From: a virus
Length of the DNA stretch: 64,000 bases
Virus record (IMG/VR): IMGVR_UViG_3300025168_000034
Span: 101,610-165,609 of that record
Strand: one strand, 5' to 3'
Shown piece by piece: positions 49,589-59,137 of the stretch (position 1 is the first letter of the stretch; the number at the start of each line of letters is the position of its first letter). The translations under genes were made by a program, and so were the position numbers. The notes beneath the pieces were generated by a model that ran no database searches, was not told the DNA's origin, and was given only the letters and a program-made list of their open reading frames with translations.

Positions 49589-49930
49589 CTATCCTTTATC
49601 TAGTAAATCTTGTGCTGCATCCATTAATTGTTGCTTTTCAGCCTCAGACAACATGCCATCATCTGTGTTAGTATTCTTATTGCTGGATACTAGCAATCGT
49701 TGCACAATCGCTGTCAATTTCACTAAATTGTCATCGTTTTTCACTGAGACCTCAAGATACTCTTTAACTAAAGGAACCATCATAGATGCATCAGTCATAT
49801 TACGAATCATTGGTTTGAGTTGATTGATCAGCTCAGTGATTTGCTTCTCTTTCTTTTTAGTGTTATTGTAAATGTCTGCTAAAAGATCAGAAAAGTTTTT
49901 ATTATCAAATAGTGGTGAATCTTTATCCAT
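49589..49930 (-). CDS. Helical hypothetical late protein
   Basis: Start reassigned to MDKDSPLF (49930), downstream of the late motif at 49942-49949. Confidence 0.6.
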   Translation of the reverse strand: MDKDSPLFDNKNFSDLLADIYNNTKKKEKQITELINQLKPMIRNMTDASMMVPLVKEYLEVSVKNDDNLVKLTAIVQRLLVSSNKNTNTDDGMLSEAEKQQLMDAAQDLLDKG

Positions 49931-49964
49931 AGTGCTTTTTATATAAATAGGTGAAAAGTAAGTT

Positions 49965-50207
49965 TTACGAAACTCCTCTACTTTCAATATCCTCTAAATA
50001 CTCATACAACTTCTTGATGCGAATACCAGCTGTCCAAGCTATTCTATTTTCATAGAATCCCAACTCTGTTAACTTACCCTCTATGTCTGGCTCTAAAGGA
50101 TCAAACTCAAATGCGTGCAAGTTTGGTGTACCACAAACATCTTCCCATGCTTTGATTTCATCTAAAATAAAATCTCGAATATAGTCTTGAGATACGTTTA
50201 TTAACAC
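49965..50207 (-). CDS. Hypothetical protein
   Basis: 80-aa ORF adjoining the sigma gene. Confidence 0.45.
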   Translation of the reverse strand: MLINVSQDYIRDFILDEIKAWEDVCGTPNLHAFEFDPLEPDIEGKLTELGFYENRIAWTAGIRIKKLYEYLEDIESRGVS

Positions 50208-50941
50208 TACCTTTCAATTTCGTATATTTTTTCTTTAGGGATGTAGCCTTTTTCTAAGAAATCACTATACATATGCTTCCAACGCAATTTCATGTCTTTT
50301 ACAACTTTGGTGATTTGCTGAGTGTTAGCGTTGGTCATCTCGCGAATATAAACGTACAATGCTTTTTTGTTAAAAATTTCAATTCTATCTCTCTTTCTAA
50401 ACAATTCCAATACTGCTTCTGCTAACCTTTGATCACGCTCTTTTTTGTAGTATAATTCAACCTTATCATCCCAATACTCTAAATACTTTTCAAAAAACTT
50501 TTCTAAATCTGGACCTTCTTCATCTGCTGTAGGTGTTGAATCTGCAATCTCTATGGAGAGGTCATAATCAATACGTTTTGTTTCGATTAACTTTTTATAG
50601 TTTTTTCTATTCTTTAAAATGCAGTAATTTTTTGCAACCATGCTGAAATAACTGAACGCTTTGCTTCCCTTCTCTGGTTTGAATTTACCTAGCTTTTCAC
50701 ATAAAAAAGATACAACTTCATGTTGAACTTCATGCAACGGAACATTGTCGGTGTAATAAAACTTGAAGGTGTGAATGATGTTTTCAACCAACTTCTCCAT
50801 TGGTTTTCTAATACCTCTTTCGTATATTCTACTCTTTACTTCTGTATCCTCTGTTGCGTTATATTCGATTATAGCCACATCAACCTCAGGACCGAAATAT
50901 TGTTTTTTACTTTTTCTCGCTCTTTTCTTCTTTTGCATCAT
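50207..50941 (-). CDS. Phage sigma factor (T4 gp55-like late sigma)
   Basis: KFKPEKGSKAFSYFSMVAKNYCI resembles the gp55 region-2 F(A/S)YF motif; helical. Confidence 0.75.
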   Translation of the reverse strand: MMQKKKRARKSKKQYFGPEVDVAIIEYNATEDTEVKSRIYERGIRKPMEKLVENIIHTFKFYYTDNVPLHEVQHEVVSFLCEKLGKFKPEKGSKAFSYFSMVAKNYCILKNRKNYKKLIETKRIDYDLSIEIADSTPTADEEGPDLEKFFEKYLEYWDDKVELYYKKERDQRLAEAVLELFRKRDRIEIFNKKALYVYIREMTNANTQQITKVVKDMKLRWKHMYSDFLEKGYIPKEKIYEIER

Positions 50942-51218
50942 TGCTTATGTATTTTTTAACAAACTCATCTAAGTCTGTGGTTGCTGCTTTTATCTCTTGA
51001 AATATATATCCAGTTTCGTCGTCAGCTTCAAATGAACCTAAACGATCAATTTCCTGCATTCTCTTGTATGCTTTATCAGTACGAAGTGCTATGACAGATA
51101 ACATTCTGACATACAATTCAAGAAATCCCATTAATTTTTCTGATTTTTTAAACTGAACGATTAGAAGCCATAATGCTACGGCTAACAATACAGACAGTGT
51201 TATAACTACTACTAACAT
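50907..51218 (-). CDS. Membrane-anchored hypothetical protein
   Basis: N-terminal TM; GSFEADDETGYIF motif. Confidence 0.6.
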   Translation of the reverse strand: MLVVVITLSVLLAVALWLLIVQFKKSEKLMGFLELYVRMLSVIALRTDKAYKRMQEIDRLGSFEADDETGYIFQEIKAATTDLDEFVKKYISNDAKEEKSEKK

Positions 51219-51219
51219 A

Positions 51220-51963
51220 TTATTTGAATAATTTATCGAATGTATTTTTCAGATTATCTTTATCTGAGTCTGTGATGCTTCCTTTTTTCTTAGCAGTTTT
51301 CTTTTCTGGAAAAGTAGTTACCGGTTCTTCTTTCATCATATTAGATTCAATACGAGCTGCCATTGCATCCGCTTGATGTAACACGTAAGGAAGATTAGTA
51401 CGTAAGGCGCTGTCTGGATTCCAACTAACATAATATGGCTTGTTAGATTCTTCATACATACCATCATGTAATTTAATTCCAAACCATTCATTGTCAGTAA
51501 TAGTAATACCTCTATCGTAAAGAAGTTTTAATCCTCTATCTGGAACAGTCATAAAAGCATTTACCGGATTGTTAGTGTACAGCTTTCCTTGATTCTTTCT
51601 ATGCCAATCAGACGGATTATGAATATACTGCTCAGCTTCTTCTGTTCCTATCTTTCCTAAGTCATGATTCATTGCAGAAAAGATTAATTCTTCTGTAGTG
51701 TAATCTTTTGTTGCTCCATGCTTACTCCAAAGCTTATCTACATCCAATGCACACTCCATAACACGTATAACGTGATCCACATAACCACCAATAAAGCAAT
51801 TGTGGTAGTGAGCTGTGCCTGAGGCAGGCATCATCATAATACGCTCCTCATGATCTTGATATAACTTCTTTAACTTTTCTTTTCTATCTCCTGTGACGTA
51901 CTCGTCTATAAAAGACAAAAACTTTTTATAATTATCTTGTAATTCTTCTGCTGTGTAACTCAT
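51220..51963 (-). CDS. HD-domain phosphohydrolase
   Basis: HYH...GGYVDHV...NHDLGK...LHDG...HQAD. Confidence 0.85.
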   Translation of the reverse strand: MSYTAEELQDNYKKFLSFIDEYVTGDRKEKLKKLYQDHEERIMMMPASGTAHYHNCFIGGYVDHVIRVMECALDVDKLWSKHGATKDYTTEELIFSAMNHDLGKIGTEEAEQYIHNPSDWHRKNQGKLYTNNPVNAFMTVPDRGLKLLYDRGITITDNEWFGIKLHDGMYEESNKPYYVSWNPDSALRTNLPYVLHQADAMAARIESNMMKEEPVTTFPEKKTAKKKGSITDSDKDNLKNTFDKLFK

Positions 51964-52379
51964 AACTGCTTGCTTAGTTTTTTTAACTGTGATTCTAATT
52001 TACGTCTGTATGTAACGCGTTTCTCTTTTTTAATTTGCTTTTTTAACTTACTTATATTGACAAGAAGTTCTTGATGATCTCGCCTTTTTTGAGATTTACT
52101 TCTTGTGTCTTTTTTAGGTTCTTTTCTAGGCGTTGCAGGCAGTGTTCCTTTTAATTTAGGCTGCTCCACTCCTTTATAATACACTGTGCCATTCTCATGC
52201 ACAAACACCTTCATAAACTTCCATCCTCTATGGAATCCGGAAGGTCTTTTAGGTTTTGGAAGATCATTTGGATCCCACATCTCTCTTACGCAATCAGAAC
52301 AGTGTTTTAGTATAGTACCTGGAGTAATCTGATCTCTGTACTCCATTTGTCCGCAATTTTGACATTCTAAATAAGGCAT
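51960..52379 (-). CDS. Zn-ribbon basic hypothetical protein
   Basis: CQNC...CSDC, GWKFMKVFV, Lys-rich tail. Confidence 0.6.
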   Translation of the reverse strand: MPYLECQNCGQMEYRDQITPGTILKHCSDCVREMWDPNDLPKPKRPSGFHRGWKFMKVFVHENGTVYYKGVEQPKLKGTLPATPRKEPKKDTRSKSQKRRDHQELLVNISKLKKQIKKEKRVTYRRKLESQLKKLSKQL

Positions 52380-52437
52380 AGCTTTCTACTTGTGTGACTA
52401 TTATAGTAGTAACTATACAACTTTTTTCTCAAAAATG

Positions 52438-52887
52438 CTAATTTTCACTAATAGGTTGGAAGGGAAACACAGTCCAAGTTAAACAAAACCATAAAAACTG
52501 GCCATTTACCTTACGTTTTGTAACGTAATATGGCAACATTCCTTGCTCTTTAAAATCTAAATTAATCGATTTTTTTATGGATTTTTTGTGAGGACTCACG
52601 TATATAAGGATATCAAACGCGTTCAAAACCATGATATCATGCTCTTTGTCGAGTTCATCTAAGTGATCAGTAATATGATCAAAAAGAGATAATTCCTCGC
52701 ACAGATAGTCAAAATCCAGCTTCTTTTCACTGCGACTAAAATGCCACATCCACTCACCTTTGACATTTTCTATAGATGGTGATTCCCCGAAAGCATTTAG
52801 GTCTAGACTAGCAGCTGCTTTTGTTATTTGATGCTTTGCCTTTGACAAAAAACCATTATCCACTAAAGCATCGTAGTAGCTATTCAT
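52438..52887 (-). CDS. Hypothetical protein
   Basis: 149-aa ORF co-oriented with its neighbours. Confidence 0.5.
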   Translation of the reverse strand: MNSYYDALVDNGFLSKAKHQITKAAASLDLNAFGESPSIENVKGEWMWHFSRSEKKLDFDYLCEELSLFDHITDHLDELDKEHDIMVLNAFDILIYVSPHKKSIKKSINLDFKEQGMLPYYVTKRKVNGQFLWFCLTWTVFPFQPISEN

Positions 52888-52888
52888 A

Positions 52889-53155
52889 CTACTTTTTTGA
52901 TTTTTTAGAAGAGCGTCTTGTTGGTTTTTTATTCGTTGCAGGCTTCACTGGCTTATCCATATTAGCTACATGCTCGAGAAGAGAATTTCTTGTTTCTTCT
53001 AGCTTTGCTATTTTTTGGTAAGCTTGGTCAGCCCACCCTTGTATGGCTTTAACCTTGAATTGTAAATCTTTAGTATTTGTATTATTTCTATATAAGACAA
53101 TAGCTAGCCCTATATTAACAAATACACTAGTAATTAATAATGAAGTAAATAACAT
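52889..53155 (-). CDS. Small membrane-anchored protein
   Basis: N-terminal TM, basic C-tail; putative early promoter upstream. Confidence 0.55.
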   Translation of the reverse strand: MLFTSLLITSVFVNIGLAIVLYRNNTNTKDLQFKVKAIQGWADQAYQKIAKLEETRNSLLEHVANMDKPVKPATNKKPTRRSSKKSKK

Positions 53156-53192
53156 AGTATTATGTGTTTTTAAATGTTAATGTATAAACTTT

Positions 53193-53223
53193 AATATCAG
53201 AAAAATAATCCAGAAAGTCAACT
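53193..53223 (-). promoter_or_regulatory. Putative early/middle promoter AGTTG-N20-GATATT
   Basis: Same architecture as 20927-20959 and 55115-55145. Confidence 0.55.
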
Positions 53224-53247
53224 ATTTTGTCAGATAAATTTAATTTA

Positions 53248-54564
53248 TTATGATATTGCGCCACCAAAGTAACACAACCATCTGAGGTCAGTATACTTTG
53301 TTACTACTAAAACTGCACCTGCAGGCACTGTTGCTGGGCCGTTGGTAGGTAGCATTGGTAGTAAGTTATCATCCACTCCAGGATACACTTCTAATGTTCT
53401 ATTACTAACAGTATTGTGAATAGTGTATGTTGTTCCACGTGAAACTGCCGACACTAACGGAAGCTTGACACCTTTAGAATTATCAGCAGATGTAACAAAC
53501 ACTCTTGACATACCTGCAGCAATCTGAGTAGCACTATCTTGATTATTTCCAGCAGCTGCAACATCTTGAACCGCTTCTACATATCTAGCGGCTGAAATCT
53601 CAACACTTGCAGATATGTTTGGAGCAGTAATAAAGCCTGATGCTGTTACGTGAGTTGTTTTTACATTGGCTAGAGCACCAACAGTTAACACACCACTTTG
53701 AATGCCTGGATTAAAGGAGAGGCTACTAGTTACATTAACTCCATCATTTCCAGACGTAGCATTTCCAAAGTGTATGTTGAAAGCAGCATTTGAATTTTCT
53801 GTAGTTATAGCTACGTTAGTTGCGTTAGTTGCAGTTGTAGCAGTAATTGCATTTCCAGTTAAATCTCCAATAAAACCAACCGACGCACTTATAATGGAAG
53901 CTGTTACGTTTCCATTTAAAAATTGAAAACTTTGATTACTGTCTTTTACTTTAAATATAGTCTCAGCTGAAGCTCCATCTACATCTCCAATATCTACATC
54001 AAAGTTTGTTGCTCCTGCATTTAGTTTTATGGATGGATCATCAGCACCCACTGAATAAATAGAATCTTTAATAAATAAGTCATCTATTACAGTTATATCA
54101 GTACCTACTATATTACCACTCGCACTCACATTACCTGAGGCTGTCATGTGGCCAACTACATCTAAGTTATCAAGGACTTGTAAAACACTTGTAGCACTCT
54201 TTACGATTGGGGTCGTAATTGATATGTCTGCCGTTACTTTCCCAACAGTATCAAAATTAGCTGCTGTTATGTCTCCACTTGAACTTATATTACCAGATGC
54301 TGTCAGATTAGCTGTAATAACTAACGATCCAGTAATCTGTGCGTTACCGTTATGGGTGCCATCCCACTCAGCAGTTACTCCAGTTATGTTTGTTCCGTCT
54401 CCCGAAAAGTCTCCAACGTGAGATCCAGTAAATGATCCAGAAAAAGATCCAGAAGCTACTACTTCAGTGGCTGTTGCACCGTCTAGCGCATCAATGATTC
54501 GTGTAATATGCTCTGCGTCGATTGTTGAAGTATTGCTAATACCAGTTCTTGAAATTGTTGCCAT
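53248..54564 (-). CDS. Tail fibre/decoration-like protein with TASGNISAS repeats
   Basis: Repeated LTASGNISSSG, MTASGNVSASG, VTASIISAS; late motif upstream. Confidence 0.65.
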   Translation of the reverse strand: MATISRTGISNTSTIDAEHITRIIDALDGATATEVVASGSFSGSFTGSHVGDFSGDGTNITGVTAEWDGTHNGNAQITGSLVITANLTASGNISSSGDITAANFDTVGKVTADISITTPIVKSATSVLQVLDNLDVVGHMTASGNVSASGNIVGTDITVIDDLFIKDSIYSVGADDPSIKLNAGATNFDVDIGDVDGASAETIFKVKDSNQSFQFLNGNVTASIISASVGFIGDLTGNAITATTATNATNVAITTENSNAAFNIHFGNATSGNDGVNVTSSLSFNPGIQSGVLTVGALANVKTTHVTASGFITAPNISASVEISAARYVEAVQDVAAAGNNQDSATQIAAGMSRVFVTSADNSKGVKLPLVSAVSRGTTYTIHNTVSNRTLEVYPGVDDNLLPMLPTNGPATVPAGAVLVVTKYTDLRWLCYFGGAIS

Positions 54565-54601
54565 TTATGTACGTGTTTATTATAAATAGCTTGGAATATA
54601 A

Positions 54602-55108
54602 TTAAACTTGGAAAATAGAGTCGCTTAATCTTCCTAATCCATCCGGATGATCCATGCCATACCCAAACACCCACTCATCTTGTAGAGTGTATCCGCAAAA
54701 GTCTAGCTCCATTGGACAGTCATGTCTCTTTAATAAAGTTGCTTTGTAAACGTGTTTTGCTCCTCTATCGTAAGCGAGTTTTTCTAAATATGCCATCGTC
54801 TTTCCAGAGTCACAAATATCATCTACCAACCAAACATCCTTATCTGCCAAATTAATATTCCAATCTTTATATAAGTTAATCTCACCTCTAGCTTGACCTT
54901 TATATGACTCAACTCCTACACAATCCACATAAGCGTCGAATAGTAGGTTTTTAGCTACATCCTGAAAGAATGTAATACCTCCTTGCAGGATTGGTGTTAA
55001 TACTGGATACAGTGCTTTTGGTTCGTCTGGATAAAGACCGTTCATTTTTTCTGCCAGCTCTAAAACTTTGTCCTCTATTGCATGAGGACCAAATAATATT
55101 TTTTCCAT
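54602..55108 (-). CDS. hpt: Hypoxanthine phosphoribosyltransferase
   Basis: ILQGG, ESY, PRPP-binding loop LVDDICDSGKT, WVFGYGMD. Confidence 0.9.
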   Translation of the reverse strand: MEKILFGPHAIEDKVLELAEKMNGLYPDEPKALYPVLTPILQGGITFFQDVAKNLLFDAYVDCVGVESYKGQARGEINLYKDWNINLADKDVWLVDDICDSGKTMAYLEKLAYDRGAKHVYKATLLKRHDCPMELDFCGYTLQDEWVFGYGMDHPDGLGRLSDSIFQV

Positions 55109-55114
55109 ACACTT

Positions 55115-55145
55115 AATATACGAAAATTATATTATACTTTCAACT
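55115..55145 (-). promoter_or_regulatory. Putative early/middle promoter AGTTG-N20-TATATT upstream of hpt
   Basis: Bipartite motif with a 20-nt spacer shared by three loci. Confidence 0.6.
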
Positions 55146-55518
55146 TTTTACCCGATGTTTTAAAATTAAGTTTACGCATAACTGTTTTAGATATTAAGTC
55201 CAGTTTTTTGGTTCTAGGATTGAATCTAAGAACAAACGGTACGTTAATATTAGATTCCATATCAGTGATTACAGCCTCTCCACTAGCTCCTAAACTCTTT
55301 ATCTCCTGTCCGTGATCCTCATATGTCTTTGTAAACAGATCCTCAATCTCTTCTGGCTCTATTGATTTACGATTACGTATATCGTTTACTCGATCCATAA
55401 AATGTCTTGTGAATTCTATATCAATTCCAATAGCAGCAAACATCTTATCTAAGTAAGCTTCCACTTCATCTAATTCAGCTTGGTTTACTGATTCTAATAT
55501 TTGTTGTAGCTTAATCAT
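55132..55518 (-). CDS. Putative internal head protein, possible BECR-fold RNase
   Basis: Leader MIKLQQILE; EFTRHFMDRVND...LISKTVMRK pattern. Confidence 0.5.
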   Translation of the reverse strand: MIKLQQILESVNQAELDEVEAYLDKMFAAIGIDIEFTRHFMDRVNDIRNRKSIEPEEIEDLFTKTYEDHGQEIKSLGASGEAVITDMESNINVPFVLRFNPRTKKLDLISKTVMRKLNFKTSGKKLKV

Positions 55519-55519
55519 G

Positions 55520-56518
55520 TTATCCTGGTACATCTTCTTCAAACACTATTCCCTCTCCGGTGAGTGTACCATTAACACTACCTACCTGATCAGTTACTGT
55601 TGTTCCAGTACCTCCATCATTATCACCCATTCTATAATAATGTTGGATAGCTATAAATTGGTTACTATAATCAATGCTAGTAGCATCTGTAGGAACACCA
55701 CTATTATATAAGTTACTTACATCAGATTGAGCCAAAGATCCAGTAAAGTATACAAATTCATCTATATTGCCGTTCATAAAATCACTTGCACCATTACGTG
55801 AACCAATGTGGAATGGTGTTGTGTCATTGGTAGAAGATCCTGGAGTCATGTTGCTGGTATCAAATGATTCCGCGTGTGTCCCATTTGATGATTGTGATAC
55901 ACGACTAATACCATTTACATATATATCCATTCCAGAACTACTAAAATTTCCATTATATGTTACTACCAGATGATACCAACCAAGTGATGCGTTTGGAATA
56001 ATATTACCTCCTCCAGCATTGTCTGATCCACTGTGTACAGCAGATCTTACAGTTAATCCCTTAGGATTGTTGGTGACGGGCTCCCGTCCTTGAATTAAAA
56101 CTTTTACTCCACTAAAACTATCTACAGTTAAACTTAATCCTTTATATTCTACACCTCGACCTGAAGCTACTTTACTAGCAATTCTAACTCCGCTTTCTCC
56201 TGGATTTGAATCATGTTTTACCCATGTACTTATACTAAAAGAACTGGAAGGTGAGATTACCATATTATCACCAAACCCTATAGTACTATCCGCTACATCT
56301 CCATCAAATTTAGCAGAGTAGGTGTTTGTAAAACCACTGGCTGCAGCTGTTCCAGTATTACTACCGTAAGCCTGTAGATGTTGTTGATATCGCAAAAAAG
56401 CCTCTTTCCTTCTTCTTTGATCTTGTTTCTTTTTAGCTTTAAACGCTCCTTCCTCCTGCAACTTTTGTTTTTTTGCTAACTCACGAATATAATCTGCATT
56501 CCTTAGAAAATCTTTCAT
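55520..56518 (-). CDS. LamG/concanavalin-like domain virion protein
   Basis: SFSISTWVK, WYHLVVTY, IYVNG, HIG, MNGNIDEF, YYRMGD. Confidence 0.8.
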   Translation of the reverse strand: MKDFLRNADYIRELAKKQKLQEEGAFKAKKKQDQRRRKEAFLRYQQHLQAYGSNTGTAAASGFTNTYSAKFDGDVADSTIGFGDNMVISPSSSFSISTWVKHDSNPGESGVRIASKVASGRGVEYKGLSLTVDSFSGVKVLIQGREPVTNNPKGLTVRSAVHSGSDNAGGGNIIPNASLGWYHLVVTYNGNFSSSGMDIYVNGISRVSQSSNGTHAESFDTSNMTPGSSTNDTTPFHIGSRNGASDFMNGNIDEFVYFTGSLAQSDVSNLYNSGVPTDATSIDYSNQFIAIQHYYRMGDNDGGTGTTVTDQVGSVNGTLTGEGIVFEEDVPG

Positions 56519-57387
56519 TTATCTGTAGTAGTTTCTATTGTAACTTGTATTTTTGGTTCATATCCTTGTGGTAATTTATTTACCAATCCTTTAAAAGTGG
56601 AGTTGCCAGCATCATGTCTAAACTCAAATTTAAGATTACTAAGATCCATCATCACTTGTGAAGATGTTGTAAATCCAAAACTATTATCTCGTCTATACGG
56701 ATTCATCCACTTATCACTATCATGTTGCTTCGATAGAGCATCCAATACCTGCTCTTGCGATGAAATATCCGACAATGCATCGTAAGCTATTTGTTGCCTA
56801 GACAAAGAAGATTTTCTTTTTAATCCACCCGTATAACCAGTATCAGGATACTCAACTCCATGGTTAGTTCTTGTCACTACTTCATCAGGACCTATTCGCT
56901 TTATTATAGGAACATGTTGTGAAGTCATTTCAATAATATAGCTATGCTTAGCGTTTGATACAATTGTAAGCCCCTTGACCCCAACATCATCTTCATCATC
57001 ACCTCTAAAATTAATCACCGATCTCATAGATTGTGATAATTTAGATTGTTGTAATGCGGTTCTGATTTTTAATCCATCATAAGAAGGCTTACCATTCTTA
57101 CCTTTTTTAGCTTTATCTTTTGCTAAATCTCCCTCTTTTTCATCAAAACCAACCATTAAAGATGCATTTACTACACCAATACCCTTCTCATTTAGACCTT
57201 CACTCCAATCGGTTAAGACGTCTCGCATATAAACCATCTCTATACCATTCACAATTTCGTGCACTACTTCAAGATCTGGAGCATACATTCTATCGCGGTT
57301 CTTTGCCAAAACTACATTGCCATCAACACGGCAGCGCGCAATCACACACTCGTTTAATTCGTGAAGAAGGTTACGTAATTTTATCAT
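56515..57387 (-). CDS. Ntn-hydrolase (C45/NRDE-like) with cleavable leader
   Basis: MIKLRNLLHELNE|CVIA...LAKNRDR, WSEGLNEKGIGVVN, RTNHG, SSLSR, TTSSQVM. Confidence 0.75.
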   Translation of the reverse strand: MIKLRNLLHELNECVIARCRVDGNVVLAKNRDRMYAPDLEVVHEIVNGIEMVYMRDVLTDWSEGLNEKGIGVVNASLMVGFDEKEGDLAKDKAKKGKNGKPSYDGLKIRTALQQSKLSQSMRSVINFRGDDEDDVGVKGLTIVSNAKHSYIIEMTSQHVPIIKRIGPDEVVTRTNHGVEYPDTGYTGGLKRKSSLSRQQIAYDALSDISSQEQVLDALSKQHDSDKWMNPYRRDNSFGFTTSSQVMMDLSNLKFEFRHDAGNSTFKGLVNKLPQGYEPKIQVTIETTTDK

Positions 57388-57412
57388 GACAGGCTTTCTA
57401 ATAAATAGTCAA

Positions 57413-57820
57413 CTATTCTTTAGTTTCCTTATGCTGATCAATCTTTTCTAGTATTTTCTTGAAGAGGTCTGTTTTTATCCATCCACTCAGCGACGCATTC
57501 TTTAATGCGCTAACTATTTGGAAAATTAAAAATGGCACAATAACTGTTTCACTTAACCAAGAGGTTCCTACAAAACTCTTCTCTATAGAAAGGAGTACAC
57601 CTAATATAACCCACCACAAAGCTAAAGTTCTTAAAACTTTTATTGCTTTATATGTTCTAAATCCTTCTCTTTTAACACCTGCTATAACACCAAAAAAGCC
57701 ATCCAATAATACAACACAACCTACTGATAAAAATTGTTCTGCATTATCCATAGCAAGACCTAGGAAGTAAGAACACACAAAGGCGCATGTAGTTGTTATT
57801 GAGATTACTGCAGTTTTCAT
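57413..57820 (-). CDS. Holin (phage holin 4-like)
   Basis: 3-4 TM segments, LDGFFGVIAG, SALKNA; overlaps the endolysin stop. Confidence 0.75.
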   Translation of the reverse strand: MKTAVISITTTCAFVCSYFLGLAMDNAEQFLSVGCVVLLDGFFGVIAGVKREGFRTYKAIKVLRTLALWWVILGVLLSIEKSFVGTSWLSETVIVPFLIFQIVSALKNASLSGWIKTDLFKKILEKIDQHKETKE

Positions 57821-58788
57821 AAAGCTTTAAGCATATCAACTAATTCTAATTGTGGAAAGCAATCAAACTTATCTTTACGAACATTTGTGTGAGTCCATAA
57901 TCCAAATTGCTTTGCATTATAAGCATCTGAGTTAAACTCAAAAGCATCTTTAGGATGTACTCCCTCTTTTAGGAGTTTAGGTAATCCATTAACCAGATCC
58001 ATTTTTGGATAAATGTCTTTAAGATGTAATATAAGCAATCGAAGAGCTTCAATCTGCTTTTCTGTATAAGCATGCCAGTATTGGTGTCCTCTAAACTTAT
58101 AACCTAAATCACAAACAAATTCCGGTTTAACTTCTGTATTAACATATGTGTAATATTTGTCTCCAGAGGTCGAAGGTTTCTTAGTTAGGTATCCAAAGTT
58201 ATTAAGCTCTACTCCTCCAGACATCTTTGAAATTGCAAACTTACCCACTTTACCTAAGTGCCAACCTACGTAATTATTAGGAAAACACTCTACGACAGTT
58301 CCGTCGTATTTAGCTTCTTTACCCTTTACATTAGAACCTCCAATACAGTACTGAGTAGCTACTCTTCCTCGCTTATCCTTGTTCCAGCTGTGTATGGTGT
58401 TGTATGGATTGTCCCAACCAGCAGTGTGATGTATAAAGAATCCTAACGGTTCAATCTTGCCATAATCTCTTACATACTCATCAGAATCCAAATACACCTT
58501 ATCAATCACAAGACCACCTTTAGTTGTGTATGTTCCGTGTTTTGCTAACTTATCATCTTTATCATACGCTGTATCTTCAGCCGTAGTGTCCTTAGTGTTA
58601 TCTGTGTCAATTCCTGCAGCTTCCCATGTTGCTCGACCCACAATTCCATCTGCTACCAAGCCATTTTTCTTTTGCCACTCAACTGTCAACTTCTCTGTAC
58701 CTGCACCAAATATTCCATCTGCTGGCGTACCTATCACCTTCTGCCACTCCTTTACTTCTAAACCTCTACTTCCTTTTTTTAACAACAT
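57817..58788 (-). CDS. Endolysin: PG-binding domain + N-acetylmuramoyl-L-alanine amidase
   Basis: LKKGSRG...DGIFGAGT...DGIVGRATW; IHHTAG, GVEL, THTNV...KFDC. Confidence 0.9.
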   Translation of the reverse strand: MLLKKGSRGLEVKEWQKVIGTPADGIFGAGTEKLTVEWQKKNGLVADGIVGRATWEAAGIDTDNTKDTTAEDTAYDKDDKLAKHGTYTTKGGLVIDKVYLDSDEYVRDYGKIEPLGFFIHHTAGWDNPYNTIHSWNKDKRGRVATQYCIGGSNVKGKEAKYDGTVVECFPNNYVGWHLGKVGKFAISKMSGGVELNNFGYLTKKPSTSGDKYYTYVNTEVKPEFVCDLGYKFRGHQYWHAYTEKQIEALRLLILHLKDIYPKMDLVNGLPKLLKEGVHPKDAFEFNSDAYNAKQFGLWTHTNVRKDKFDCFPQLELVDMLKAL

Positions 58789-58802
58789 ATTTTATTTTTT
58801 TA

Positions 58803-59132
58803 TTAGAAATCACTCATCATAGACTCATCCACAAACTCTTGCACATCTTCTTGCTTTGCATCAATTTGCATCATAATATTAGCCTGATATCTTTTCTTTT
58901 CCTCTCCATCAACAAACACTATTATAGTAGGTAATACCACTATTTTATATTTTGTTTTTAGTTTAGGATATTTGGTAAGATCATAATACTTAACACTGCA
59001 GTCTGTTAACTTTCCGAGCCAAGCTACCTTATTAGCATCATTCCACGAAGCATTAAAATGTTTAACAACCACTTGAGAATAACTCTTCGTAGCACACAAA
59101 CATATTAACGCAAACATCAATATTAATCTCAT
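58803..59132 (-). CDS. Secreted thioredoxin-fold protein lacking CxxC
   Basis: Signal peptide ...KSYS|Q; FNASWN in place of FxAxWCxxC; KYKIVVLPTIIVFVDGEEKKR cis-Pro region. Confidence 0.7.
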   Translation of the reverse strand: MRLILMFALICLCATKSYSQVVVKHFNASWNDANKVAWLGKLTDCSVKYYDLTKYPKLKTKYKIVVLPTIIVFVDGEEKKRYQANIMMQIDAKQEDVQEFVDESMMSDF

Positions 59133-59137
59133 AGCTT

